A stretch of DNA of 64,000 nucleotides, from positions 288,001 through 352,000 of the forward strand of contig CAXXYE010000003.1 in NCBI GenBank assembly GCA_963674865.2, read 5' to 3'. The position numbers and the translations under genes are program-made. The notes under the pieces were generated by a model, which searched no databases, was not told the origin of the DNA, and saw only the letters and a program-made list of their open reading frames with translations. Each line of letters starts with the position of its first letter. Within the stretch, counting starts at the first letter, position 1. This document shows positions 11,401-20,527 of this stretch, piece by piece. This DNA is from Candidatus Hydrogenedentota bacterium. GTDB lineage: Bacteria > Hydrogenedentota > Hydrogenedentia > Hydrogenedentales > SLHB01.

Positions 11401-11898
11401 CACGGCGCCCTGAAGGTTCGTACCAAGATCGGGGAAGGTACGACCTTCACGGTGCTATTCCCCACGTCCGAATGCGCAGAGCAGCTCGCCGACTATGATC
11501 TAGAAGAAGAGGACGAATGGCGGGGGAGTGGCCTCGTTCTAGTTGCCGACGATGAGCCGTCCGTCTTGTCACTGGCCCGGCGTGTCCTGGAGCGGCGGGG
11601 GCTTACCGTCCTGGCTGCCACGGACGGGCGCCAAGCCGTCGACCTGTTTCGCGGGCATGCCGATGAGATAGTGGCGGTGCTCTTGGACATGACTATGCCT
11701 CACCTCAGCGGCGAGGAAGCCTTTCGGGAAATCCGCGCGATCCGCCCCGATACATGTGTAATTCTCTCGAGCGGCTATAGTGAGCAGGAGGCAGTGCATC
11801 GCTTCGATGGAAAGGCTCTGGACGGATTCATCCAGAAGCCTTACCGCCCCCGTGACCTCATTGCGAAGTTCCGCACCCTCCTCGATAACCAAATCTAG
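8452..11898 (+). CDS. Hybrid sensor histidine kinase (periplasmic ABC-substrate-binding-like domain, TM, 3 PAS, HisKA, HATPase, REC)
   Basis: ILNSYHRG sensor N-terminus, PAS segments (IHPDDR), GGIAHDFNNLL H-box, DTGCGM/FDPFFTTK/GRGLGL, VADDE...LDMTMP...QKPY; GTG start after GGAGGA. Confidence 0.93.
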   Translation: MARKTARSFGIGGVALVLFLLGPVVAYPAETPLPEATARQSVLILNSYHRGLQWSDDIVRGIEAALPAEVDLTVEYMDTKVYATPEYFRLLGTLYAHKYRRRRFDCIVSTDDNAFQFLLEHRDTLFPDTPVVFCGVNDFSDNMLVGHQDFTGLVETLDIRDSIEVGLRLRPRAKHVLLVTDNTVSGRSNRRYLEALARAATIPAELVFLDEGEGLDVPELLHKLEAAPRDSIVYYCDLFRDKHGALVRHERTLPLLSYRGGLPIFSQSSIYLGHGIVGGKLISGYYQGEMAGGMAARILGGEPASEIPIQRREANKYMFDYRKLQRWGIPLSAIPKESIVVNEPTSLYHTHRGAIWATAAFLLLQSIVIVGLVLSVVLRRRAERELRENRRRLATLMSNLPGMAYRCRDDPDWTMEFVSEGCLALTGYQAPDLIGSRRISYAEVIHPDDRERVSQEARAAIDAREPFTLVYRIVTAASEERHVWEQGRAVTSSAGEVLALEGFIIDISERAVAERRIRESERRVRTILETAKEGYVEISPGWDIRVVNPEMCAILGREASGIVGHRLHEFADARSREALLREEEESIGVQRGTYEVTFQRPDKTKVPCLINATPLFDDAGQPQGAFGMVSDVTGLKQAQERLGLFVTHAPAAMAMFDREMRYLVVSQRWREMYDLGETPLIGKSHYDMFPELPDRHRSDCLRALGGEVVTCEEEPYRKKSGAMEWIRWEIHPWHDDTDDIAGVIMIHEVITQRRRAEAERRKLETQIQQAQKLESLGVLAGGIAHDFNNLLMGILGNASFALEDLSRDSPLYESVEEIEQAGRRAADLTQQLLAYSGKGRFIVEVVDLNEVVQEMAHLLRVPIGTKSQLQCDFSDEGVYIKADATQIRQVVMNLITNASEAQDNRPGVITVTTGAVECDRDYLADTLVGEDLVEGRYAFIEVRDTGCGMDETTLDRIFDPFFTTKFAGRGLGLAAVLGIVRGHHGALKVRTKIGEGTTFTVLFPTSECAEQLADYDLEEEDEWRGSGLVLVADDEPSVLSLARRVLERRGLTVLAATDGRQAVDLFRGHADEIVAVLLDMTMPHLSGEEAFREIRAIRPDTCVILSSGYSEQEAVHRFDGKALDGFIQKPYRPRDLIAKFRTLLDNQI

Positions 11899-11952
11899 AG
11901 TTCGCCCATCGTGGACTTACCGACGTCCGGGAATGGGCGAGGCTCGGGCGTG

Positions 11953-12723
11953 CTATTCGACAGAAACCAAAGGCCGCACCGCTTCGAGCTTCTTCGGCCC
12001 GATGCCATGAACCTTGGTGAGGTCGTCCACTGTCTGAAATGGGCGCCGGGCACGATACTCGATAATCCTTTGTGCCGTGATCGGCCCGATGCCGGGCAGT
12101 GCCTCCAGTTGTTCTGCCGTGGCAAGGTTCAGATTAAGCAGGCCTGCGCGTTTCCTTGGCGCCGCATGTGTGGCGCCGGCTGTTTGGGCGGATACTTCTG
12201 AGGCTGTCTGTCTCCCCGATAAGGTGTACTCGCGTCGATTCTGTGCGCTGCTCAGTTGCGATTGGCGTCCCACCAGTTTTCCTTGCTCAATCGTCACCCG
12301 CCGGGCAGCGGGCACCGTCAATGTCGTCGCATCGATGAGTTGAGCTGCCAGGTTGATATCGTGAAGGTTGGCCTCCGGCAGAGCGCCCCCGGCCGCCTCC
12401 AAGAGGTCTCGAACGCGCGCGTCGGCGCCGAAATCATACACGCCCGGTTCGTGTACGGCGCCGCGCACGCTCACCATGATGCGGCGGTCGTCCTGCTCCG
12501 GCAAGGCTTCAAGCAGCACTGGTCCAGGCAGGGCAGCAGGCGCAGCCGCAAGAGGCTCCGCCGGTGGCCTGCTTTCCTGAACCGACTCCGTTTGGATAGG
12601 CGGCGCCGCTTCCCGTGGCTGTTGCTGGTCGTGCATATACAACGCTACGGCGCCGAGGCAGATCGCCGATCCGACGGCAAGAAGAAGAAACTGCTCTCGC
12701 CTCGTCATCAACTGACTGAGCAT
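11953..12723 (-). CDS. comEA: ComEA family DNA-binding protein (SLBB + helix-hairpin-helix)
   Basis: N-terminal TM, VRGAVHEPGVY...ARVRDLLEAAGG, LNLNLATAEQLEALPGIGP, VHGIGPK. Confidence 0.88.
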   Translation of the reverse strand: MLSQLMTRREQFLLLAVGSAICLGAVALYMHDQQQPREAAPPIQTESVQESRPPAEPLAAAPAALPGPVLLEALPEQDDRRIMVSVRGAVHEPGVYDFGADARVRDLLEAAGGALPEANLHDINLAAQLIDATTLTVPAARRVTIEQGKLVGRQSQLSSAQNRREYTLSGRQTASEVSAQTAGATHAAPRKRAGLLNLNLATAEQLEALPGIGPITAQRIIEYRARRPFQTVDDLTKVHGIGPKKLEAVRPLVSVE

Positions 12724-12844
12724 CGCCCCATTCCCCGGTAGTATCCGGCCCTGTTTTCTCGCGACTACTCTACACCAGGAGGGTTTTGTGCGTCCATTGC
12801 TTACTGTCCAGAGGGAGTGCGGCGCTTGCTTCTGAGTTCCGGTA

Positions 12845-14530
12845 CTACGGCGAGGGAGTCGTCGGGGCGTCTAGTACGCCCTGATAGAGGGCCTCAGGAT
12901 ACGAAGTGAAATCCGCACGCGCTCTCGATATAAACTGCTCGAACGCAGAACGCCAAGGCACGCCTGCGGGTGCCGGGGCTTCATGAGGCGAGGTGAGCAA
13001 GGCCCGCACGTCAGTCACGATCCTGCCGCGGAGGTCTCCGCCGAAACGAGCGTCCAGCGGCGAAAGGGCGGCGAGGAGCTGTGTCTGCATCCACATGCTT
13101 TCCTCGGCGCCCAGGACTTTCTGCTCGGCGCCGTACCGAATATCGAGAAAGAGGAAATAGAACAGCCAGAGAAGATCGATGTATAGACATGCGTGGTGGC
13201 CAGTGCCAAAATCCTCCTGAATCCTGGCCTGGGCGAATTCGCGGTGCTCCTCCAGCTTGGCCACGATTCCGGCGGCGGTGTCATAGACGCCGGACTCTTG
13301 ACGCGACCAGAACGAAAAGTTCCAGGCGGTTCGCAATACCGACGCGGTTGTGTCGCGCTTGTGGTGATGAGCTACGGCGCATGGCTCGAAGGCATAATGG
13401 AAGCCTCTTGCTTTCAGTTCATAGCAGAGGCTGACATCTTCCTTATTGGTTCGATACTTCTCATTGTACATCCCCGCATCGAGTACGGCCTGACTGCGAA
13501 GTAGCGTATTGCTCCCGGTAATGAAGAAGTAAGGGAGAGGGTCCTCGATTGCCGGTTCGAAGCAATGAGCGGGGGCCATGTAGATCCGGGCGGCGCCTTG
13601 ATCTTGGGACAGGTGCCGGCTCCGCCAGAAGTCGGCGGGGGTGTCTCGATAGGCTTCGATCAATCGCCCCCCAACGCCGGCCAACTGAGGAGATGCGTTC
13701 TCGAAAGGCATCATGGCGGACTGGACATAGTCAGGGGCCGCCGCGACATCCGCGTCCACCGAGGCGACGAAGGGCGCCTCGATAGCTCGAAAGGCCGTGT
13801 TGCGCGCTGCTGCAAGGCCCTTGTTCTCGCTCTTACGGATCAGGCGTACGGGATACGCCGCCGCAATGGCGGCGGACTCGTCCGTGCTGCCGTCGTCGAC
13901 GATGACGATCCTGTTGAGCGGCTGACTTTGGCCTAGGAGCGCGTCAAGCGTGGCTTCCAGACGCTCCTGGGCGTTGTAGACAGGGGCGTATGCGCTCACG
14001 CTCGCCGCCATGGGGAGAACGTCAAGGTACAGATGCACTGCCGGCGGAGTCCCGTGCTCGAGATGCGCCTCCAAGCAAGTCATATCCATCTGATAGGGAT
14101 TCAGTCTCAGCGATTGGCTTATGACCCGCCGCGCAAGGTCCGGCTCCCGAGCGTGGGCGAGGTATTTCGCCGTGAGGTTCAGGCAGACGGTGTCGAACTT
14201 GTCATGCGCCAACGCCGATTTCGCGACGCGCAAGGCATTTGTCACATCATTTCGACTCAGGAGAAACTTGGTGAACGTGTAGCGTTCCCAGACGCCCCAG
14301 AGATCATCCGCCCGTTCAAGTAGGTGGGGCCACGCGTTTGGCTCGAAGGCCAAGGTGAGGACGGCCGATGCCAACTCCGCTTCCGTATCGACGCCCTCAG
14401 CGCGCGCAGCTGTCGCGCGGAGTGATGCGATGTCGCGTGAGGCGGCCAGATAGTAGAGAAGTTCCCTGTAACGCCCGTGCTTGGCAGCGCGTCTTTCCAG
14501 CCGCTCGCGTTGTATCCCGCCGAGGTCCAT
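12845..14530 (-). CDS. GT2 glycosyltransferase with N-terminal helical (TPR-like) extension
   Basis: PVYNAQ, VDDGSTD, NKGLAAARN, VDADV, EDVSL motifs after about 170 aa of helical region. Confidence 0.8.
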   Translation of the reverse strand: MDLGGIQRERLERRAAKHGRYRELLYYLAASRDIASLRATAARAEGVDTEAELASAVLTLAFEPNAWPHLLERADDLWGVWERYTFTKFLLSRNDVTNALRVAKSALAHDKFDTVCLNLTAKYLAHAREPDLARRVISQSLRLNPYQMDMTCLEAHLEHGTPPAVHLYLDVLPMAASVSAYAPVYNAQERLEATLDALLGQSQPLNRIVIVDDGSTDESAAIAAAYPVRLIRKSENKGLAAARNTAFRAIEAPFVASVDADVAAAPDYVQSAMMPFENASPQLAGVGGRLIEAYRDTPADFWRSRHLSQDQGAARIYMAPAHCFEPAIEDPLPYFFITGSNTLLRSQAVLDAGMYNEKYRTNKEDVSLCYELKARGFHYAFEPCAVAHHHKRDTTASVLRTAWNFSFWSRQESGVYDTAAGIVAKLEEHREFAQARIQEDFGTGHHACLYIDLLWLFYFLFLDIRYGAEQKVLGAEESMWMQTQLLAALSPLDARFGGDLRGRIVTDVRALLTSPHEAPAPAGVPWRSAFEQFISRARADFTSYPEALYQGVLDAPTTPSP

Positions 14531-14650
14531 ATCAACATCCCGCGCGGCGCTTGACGGAGTTGACGCTGGGACGTCACGATGCCGCGCCCCGTCTCCGGGA
14601 GCTAGAAGAAACTGCTTGTCAGGCGGCCTCAGTACGTGCCTGGGCCGTTC

Positions 14651-15664
14651 CTAGCGCGGCAGAGGCAGCTCGACGATGCGCTTCTCTCGTGCGCTCAGGT
14701 AGGCGGCCTGGGCCACTTCGACGGCTTGCATGCCCTGCTCTCCGGGGATGGTGATGTCATGCTCACCCAGGCAGGCTTCGATGAACTCGCGCACCTCCCT
14801 ATCCACCCCGGGCTCATAGTCCTTGCCGATATCGTCGAACGGGATGACCTCCTTCTCCTCATCCTTTCGGGCAATGCGCGCTTCGCGTGCAACGTTGTCG
14901 TAGTAGATCGTGCCTTGCTCGCAGTAGACCTCACCTGTGTTTCTTCCGTGGAAGTCGCATGCGCCCGAATTGATGCTGCCCATAGAGCCATCGGCGAAGG
15001 ATATCTGGGCGGTGATGTTGTCCTCGAAATCGAGGGCGTCGTTGATGTAGTTCGCGCCGAGGGCCATGACGGCAACGGGCCGGCCCAACAGGCAGAGCAG
15101 CAGGTCAATTTCGTGGACGGAAACCTCGAAGAGTGAGCCGCCGCAGGTTTCGCGGTTGAGGCGCCATGAGCCTCGCCAAGCGCCCCAAGGGCCGCCATTT
15201 CGGATGATGCGGGCTGCGAAGGGCTTGCCCAATTCTCCCGAACGGACCTTGTCGAGAGCGAAGCGATAGACGTGCAGGTAGCGCAGGACCTGGCCTATCA
15301 TCAGGCCCTTCCCGGCAGCCTTCGCCGCCGCGAGCATGGCCTCGCATTGCGACACGTCGAGCGCCATGGGTTTCTCGCAGAAGGTGTGACAGCCCGCTTG
15401 AAGCGCGGCTATGCTCAACTCGGGGTGGGCATATTGCGGCGCCGCGACCACAACGCCGTCCAACTCGCCCGCCGACAGAAGCTTGTCATGGCGATCGAAT
15501 GTCGGGACGCCATCGCCCGCAACATCGCTAGCCTTGGCGAGGGCCTCCGGATCGATATCGCAGAGTGCGGTTACCTCGGCCTTCGGATTCGCTACGGCCG
15601 CCTTGAGAAGCGTGCGGCCCATGTCGCCCACGCCGATGAAGCCAATACGTGCTTTCTTTCCCAT
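14651..15664 (-). CDS. Gfo/Idh/MocA family oxidoreductase
   Basis: IGFIGVGDMG, CEKPMA, GGSLFEVSVHEID; start at ATG after GGAGGG. Confidence 0.92.
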   Translation of the reverse strand: MGKKARIGFIGVGDMGRTLLKAAVANPKAEVTALCDIDPEALAKASDVAGDGVPTFDRHDKLLSAGELDGVVVAAPQYAHPELSIAALQAGCHTFCEKPMALDVSQCEAMLAAAKAAGKGLMIGQVLRYLHVYRFALDKVRSGELGKPFAARIIRNGGPWGAWRGSWRLNRETCGGSLFEVSVHEIDLLLCLLGRPVAVMALGANYINDALDFEDNITAQISFADGSMGSINSGACDFHGRNTGEVYCEQGTIYYDNVAREARIARKDEEKEVIPFDDIGKDYEPGVDREVREFIEACLGEHDITIPGEQGMQAVEVAQAAYLSAREKRIVELPLPR

Positions 15665-15784
15665 TGTCCCCTCCACTCTCGTTGTATCGCACGGCGGATG
15701 GCGAATGATGGAGGATGAGGCCCCGCCAGATCAAACCGAAGGCAATTCTTCTGCGGCCTGAGAAGATCGGGAAATGCGAGGGGA

Positions 15785-16705
15785 TCACGGGAGATTGGAC
15801 TGGAGGCGTCCGGCCAGTGTTTCGCCGCGTGCAGAGTCACTGATACTGACCGCGCCAAGTACGTAGCGCCCGACCTGCCGCATAATTGTCCCCTTGTAAA
15901 GGGGATCCTGTGCAAGAAGGGTTCGGTATCCGGAGGATGTGTCCTCTCGCAGCGTTTTGTCGGCGTTGTATTCCTTGAGATACGCTATGTAGTCATCCAA
16001 TCCGGCGCCGGCGGCTGCCTGATCAACAAATATCGCTACGAAGACACGCGCCGATTCCCCTTCCGCCTCGAAATTCGCGACAAGGCCCCGTCGCAGAAAG
16101 GCGTAGCCAAGCAAGCTTTCCCCGATGTACCTCACGCTGCCGGGATCGACCCCCTCGAAGCTCAGGATGCCAAGTTCCTCGGGCGGCGTCTTATTGCCTG
16201 GCAGCCGTGCGGCGATTGCGGCTGCGCATGACAACAAGTCTGTCTGTATTTCGTCAGCGTCCCCAAGGCCGTTGAGTCGTACGAAATACGTGTCCTGATA
16301 GAACACGAGTTGGTGGTCGCTCAAGACGCCCTCGCTGCCGACGGATACGCGCTCGGCGCTGGGCGCGCGGTAGTTGGAATAGATCCCGAATGCGTCCAGG
16401 CGCGAGCCCATCCGGTAGACGCCGGCGTCAATGGTGGTGCCGGGAGCGTCCGTCCGGCCATAGGTGATGGCTGCCGCCTCCTGAAAGCCGTAGGGGAAAT
16501 AGAGCTCGGCCTCGCCGTCAATGTAGTCGAAGAGTGTGTCCGCGTCGTACACCTGCACTTCGGCCGTGTTCTGCCAACTCTCCTGGAATCCCTGCGCCGG
16601 CAGGACCTGCCCCGCAGGCACCGGGCCTCTCGTGGTCGAGCAGGCCGCGATCACGAGCGCGAAGCACGTGGCGACCACAAATATCGGGACAAGACAGCGG
16701 TACAT
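15785..16705 (-). CDS. Putative lipoprotein, DUF6599-like
   Basis: VIAAC lipobox; LFDYIDGEAELY...YGF and DAFGIYS motifs recalled for DUF6599. Confidence 0.65.
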   Translation of the reverse strand: MYRCLVPIFVVATCFALVIAACSTTRGPVPAGQVLPAQGFQESWQNTAEVQVYDADTLFDYIDGEAELYFPYGFQEAAAITYGRTDAPGTTIDAGVYRMGSRLDAFGIYSNYRAPSAERVSVGSEGVLSDHQLVFYQDTYFVRLNGLGDADEIQTDLLSCAAAIAARLPGNKTPPEELGILSFEGVDPGSVRYIGESLLGYAFLRRGLVANFEAEGESARVFVAIFVDQAAAGAGLDDYIAYLKEYNADKTLREDTSSGYRTLLAQDPLYKGTIMRQVGRYVLGAVSISDSARGETLAGRLQSNLP

Positions 16706-16744
16706 GCCTAATTCTCACCTGTCCAAGGTCGGAATCCGAGGGCG

Positions 16745-17932
16745 CTACGCGAACGCCGCCCGGGCCGCCCCCATCCGCTCTTCGATGTTAACACCATACG
16801 GGCAGCGAGCCACACACGCGGCGCAATCCCCGCACGCAGCGGCCGTATGCGCCCTGGGGATCGAGCCGTACGTATTGCGCGCCAGCTCCATGTCTTTGTA
16901 GCCTTCGGCGTACATCAGACTACGATTGATCGTGCAGATATCCACGGCGTTGGGACACAACTCCCCGCAGCTATCGCAGCCGCGGCAATAGTAGGGCCTT
17001 ATGGCGTCGCGATAGCGGCTGAGCACTTGCTCCTCCGTCCGCGACAAAGGCATTCCCATAACCTCGGTATCTTCCATCACCTGCTGAAGATCGATCATTG
17101 CCGGCACGGCGCACGTGATGTTTGGATTTTGCAAAACCCACTTCAGCGCGGCCTGATGAGGACTGATGTCGCCAAGCTCTTTGGTGGCATACCCGCCTGC
17201 CTGTGTCTTCATGGCCACGACGCCCAGATTTGCCTTGGCGGCCCGCTCAATGGCGGCCGCCAGATCCTTCACCTTATCGCCACGAAGCTCGGGCGACTGA
17301 TCGCACGTGAAGTTGTACGTAACCAACACCATGTCGTAGAACTTGTCGGGATCGGCAAGCATCGTGTCGATGACGCCGATCATGTCCTTATGGGTGGTGA
17401 TGCCCGTGAATCGGATCTTGCCCTGTTCGCGCAGGAGTGCCAGGGCCTCTTTGGACTCCTCGTGGAGGACTTCCTCCTTCGCGGGTTTGTGCATCTGAAG
17501 CACGTCGATATGATCGGTTTGGAGGGCTTTGAGGCTTTCCTCCACCGACTTCACAATTTCCTCTTTAGGGCCGGGCTTGTGGAACTTCGTGGCCACAATG
17601 ACCTTATCCCGGTATCCTTTGAGCGCTTTTCCGACGATGTTTTCATTCTCGCCACCCATATAGCATCGCGCTGTGTCAATGTAGTTGACGCCGCGCTCAA
17701 AGGCGGCCTGCATGACGGCAGGTTCGGAAGTGCGCATCGCCCCCATGCCTACCATAGCCACCTTGAGCCCGGTGCGGCCTAAGGTTCGCTGCGGCGGCTT
17801 GTCCGTGGCGCCGGCCGGGCTCGAAGGCTCTTCAGCCGTGGAACGGCCGGTTACGGCCGCTGCTGCTCCGAACGTGCCCAGCTTGAGAAAAGTGCGCCGG
17901 CCCAGTTTGCTCCGATGGGTTGCATCATCCAT
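16745..17932 (-). CDS. Tat-signal aldo/keto reductase with C-terminal 4Fe-4S dicluster
   Basis: GRRTFLK; RTLGRTG, GVNYIDTARCY, VATK, DHIDVLQMH, AMKT; CRGCDSCGELCP and CGDCAACVARCP. Confidence 0.88.
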   Translation of the reverse strand: MDDATHRSKLGRRTFLKLGTFGAAAAVTGRSTAEEPSSPAGATDKPPQRTLGRTGLKVAMVGMGAMRTSEPAVMQAAFERGVNYIDTARCYMGGENENIVGKALKGYRDKVIVATKFHKPGPKEEIVKSVEESLKALQTDHIDVLQMHKPAKEEVLHEESKEALALLREQGKIRFTGITTHKDMIGVIDTMLADPDKFYDMVLVTYNFTCDQSPELRGDKVKDLAAAIERAAKANLGVVAMKTQAGGYATKELGDISPHQAALKWVLQNPNITCAVPAMIDLQQVMEDTEVMGMPLSRTEEQVLSRYRDAIRPYYCRGCDSCGELCPNAVDICTINRSLMYAEGYKDMELARNTYGSIPRAHTAAACGDCAACVARCPYGVNIEERMGAARAAFA

Positions 17933-18056
17933 TGCAGCTTGCCCTCACGGTGAAATCTTGTCTTGCAGCCTGGGGCCTCGAACATGCGATAGCCTGCTCG
18001 TCGCAAACGAGGCGTAAACATTCTATCGGAAGTGGCGTTCCTTGGCAAGCGCCGGA

Positions 18057-18065
18057 CACTTTGTC
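18057..18065. repeat. 9-bp target site duplication CACTTTGTC (second copy 19297-19305)
   Basis: Identical 9-mer immediately outside both inverted repeats. Confidence 0.92.
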
Positions 18066-19296
18066 CTAAGTGATCCCCAGTTTTGCGATAGGTGCATGAA
18101 TAAGGGCCAAACACGAGTTTCCGACCTGTATACTGGCGAAAGTCGACCAAAACCGTCGTCAGCAGGAGGATTTTTCATGTTTGGCCCGAGCAAGATTATG
18201 AAGTGGTTCGACCGGAATCTGCAAGAGGTGCGACGGTCGCGACGCAAGACGCTGGCCCATATCGCGGCAGGAGCCATGAAGATGAAAGGGGTCGGCGTGT
18301 TGGCGTTGGGACGCGCCATGGATGGCCCGGCACTCGCAAAGCACCGTATTAAAAGGGTGGATCGCTTCTTAGGCAATGAGCAGGTGGAAGCCTTCGCCAT
18401 TGCCAAGGCGTTGTTCAACATCCTGCGAGGCCAAGACCGACGGCCCTTGGTCCTGGTCGATTGGACGGATCGCGGTGCCTTCGAACAACTGGTTCTCTCC
18501 ATTCCCCAAGACGGCCGCTCTATGCCGTTCCACGCCATCTCCATCGATTCGACCAAATTCGGGACGGAAAGTGAAGGGGCTCTCATCCAAGCTGAACGAG
18601 AGATTCTGCGAGACCTGCACGCCATGTGTCCGCCCGGCGTGACTCCGATTATCGTGGCCGACCGGGGCTTCGGAAACGAGCGCTGGATACGCGATGTCAC
18701 AAACTGGGGATGGTGCTTTGTGCAGCGTCTGTCCAAGAATCATTGGGTCGAAACCGAGCACCACATCGGCACCCTCCCCGAACTGGGGATACGGCGAGGC
18801 TATCGCCCCAAAGACTGGGGCTGGGGCACGATGGGAGAAAAGGACGCCGACAACAAGACGCCCTTTCGGCTGGTCACCGTCTTCGGTTGGGAGGCCGACG
18901 AGCCGTGGTATCTCATTACAAACATTGAAGATCGCGAGGCCCGGGCCATCACATCCATCTACGCGAAGCGCTGGTGGACTGAAATGATGTTTCGAGATCT
19001 GAAGAACCGCAAATGGGGGCTCGGCATGGACGAAGTGAAACTCACCTCCCGCCAGCGCACCGCTGTGCACTTCATCATCGTCATGCTTGCCTTCATTCTT
19101 CTGTGCGCCTTCGGCGCCTTCGCCGAAACCAAAGACTTCGGCGAACAACTCAAAGCAAACACCGCCGAGAACAGAGCCCTCTCCCTCGCCGCCACAGGAA
19201 ACCACTTCATCGAATTCATCGGACGAACCACCGTTGCTATGGCCATCGCTAGATTGGTCTACGCACCTACATAGAACCAAACTGGGGAGTACTCAG
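18066..19296 (+). mobile_element. Complete IS4-family (IS10-like) insertion sequence, 1231 bp
   Basis: Left end CTAAGTGATCCCCAGTTT and right end (reverse complement) CTGAGTACTCCCCAGTTT, 15/18 match; flanked by direct repeats CACTTTGTC at 18057-18065 and 19297-19305; single transposase. Confidence 0.93.
18177..19274 (+). CDS. IS4 family DDE transposase
   Basis: KHRIKRVDRFLGN, VLVDWT, IVADRGF, PWYLITN, YAKRWWTEMMFRDLK (YREK motif); ATG after AGGAGGA. Confidence 0.93.
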   Translation: MFGPSKIMKWFDRNLQEVRRSRRKTLAHIAAGAMKMKGVGVLALGRAMDGPALAKHRIKRVDRFLGNEQVEAFAIAKALFNILRGQDRRPLVLVDWTDRGAFEQLVLSIPQDGRSMPFHAISIDSTKFGTESEGALIQAEREILRDLHAMCPPGVTPIIVADRGFGNERWIRDVTNWGWCFVQRLSKNHWVETEHHIGTLPELGIRRGYRPKDWGWGTMGEKDADNKTPFRLVTVFGWEADEPWYLITNIEDREARAITSIYAKRWWTEMMFRDLKNRKWGLGMDEVKLTSRQRTAVHFIIVMLAFILLCAFGAFAETKDFGEQLKANTAENRALSLAATGNHFIEFIGRTTVAMAIARLVYAPT

Positions 19297-19432
19297 CACT
19301 TTGTCACATTTCCGATCTCAAGGGCAGAGTCGCCACGCATGAACACAAACTGCGAAAGGCGCTATAATTGTACTCAGTGAGCATAGGCCGAGTCTTCGTC
19401 TTGTCTGCGGAGCGCGGTGGGAGGGAAGCCTA

Positions 19433-20446
19433 ATGGAGTCGGCGGAAGCGCGGGAGAGATTTCGGCAAGCCGTCAGCCTGTATCGCGAGAAGCGGTATGG
19501 GGCCTGTCTAGTAATCCTTGACGAACTAGACGCCTCTTTCCCTTACACGCGCGAGGTGATGTACGCGCGTGCGCTCTGCCTTGCGTCCCTGAAACGGCTC
19601 GAGGAGTCCCAGACGCTGTGCGACTACCTCATCTCCGCTCTCAATGACAAACAGGCGGAGGAGCTTAGGGACCGGCTGGATGAAGAGATCGCGGCTACCG
19701 GCTTCGAGGGCATGGAGAAGTGGCATCTGGCCAGTACGGGGCTCGGCACGAAGCGGGCCAGGCGCCCCTCCAGGTTTGAGGGCTGGTTCCGCCGGTCGGG
19801 CGAGAGACTGCATTTTCTCATTCCCGTGACGCAAGTGGTCGCATTGCTGCTGGCCATAGCAGTAGTGCTGTTCGCGATCGTTTTCTACGTCGAGAACTTC
19901 GATCAGATCCGGCGCGGTAAGTCCCTGAAGTCGTTTGTTGCCAATCGGCCGAGCGCCCATCCGGAAACGCCTTCCCCGCCGCCAACAGCACGGCCGAAGA
20001 GGCAGGCCGTTACACCCACGGACGAGAAGCTCAACGAGTCGTTTCTGACGGAAGAGGAGCTGCAGTCGCTCACGCCATTCAAGCCCCAGGGGAGGATTCG
20101 TCAGCGTCGAGAGCCGAAGCCAACGGACCCGGTTGTGTTAAGTATCAGAGGCGCACTCACTTTCCTGGCGCTCTTCTTGGCATTGCTGACTGCGAAGAGA
20201 TTGCCCAGCCCTCGTATGATGAACAACATCCTGTCCGTGGCGCTCGTTTCGATACCTGTTATCGCGGCCCAATTACTCCTTCCCTGGTACTTCTGGTTCG
20301 TCTGGTTTCCACTGCTCTTCTTCCTGCTGAACCTGGCTTACGAGATGGAAATCAGCGAGTTCCTTATCTTCTGCGCCATGTTTACCGTACTGCATGTGAT
20401 GGGAACCGGCGTCATAAACGAGATATACTCCGGCCACTTTCTCTGA
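19433..20446 (+). CDS. Hypothetical membrane protein with N-terminal TPR-like helices
   Basis: Helical N-terminus (AVSLYREKRYGACLVILDEL...YARALCLASLKR), one central TM, Pro-rich linker, about 4 C-terminal TMs; GGGAGG RBS. Confidence 0.65.
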   Translation: MESAEARERFRQAVSLYREKRYGACLVILDELDASFPYTREVMYARALCLASLKRLEESQTLCDYLISALNDKQAEELRDRLDEEIAATGFEGMEKWHLASTGLGTKRARRPSRFEGWFRRSGERLHFLIPVTQVVALLLAIAVVLFAIVFYVENFDQIRRGKSLKSFVANRPSAHPETPSPPPTARPKRQAVTPTDEKLNESFLTEEELQSLTPFKPQGRIRQRREPKPTDPVVLSIRGALTFLALFLALLTAKRLPSPRMMNNILSVALVSIPVIAAQLLLPWYFWFVWFPLLFFLLNLAYEMEISEFLIFCAMFTVLHVMGTGVINEIYSGHFL

Positions 20447-20527
20447 GGCCCCCGCGCCTCATAAGGAATGGGCGTGCCATGCGAAGGGACTCAGCTTGTC
20501 GCGGACTGGGGGGAGCTTCAAGAGACT

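Noticed and set aside
18369..19280. 303-aa antisense ORF inside the IS
   Set aside because: Mirror frame of the transposase; no independent RBS or motifs seen.
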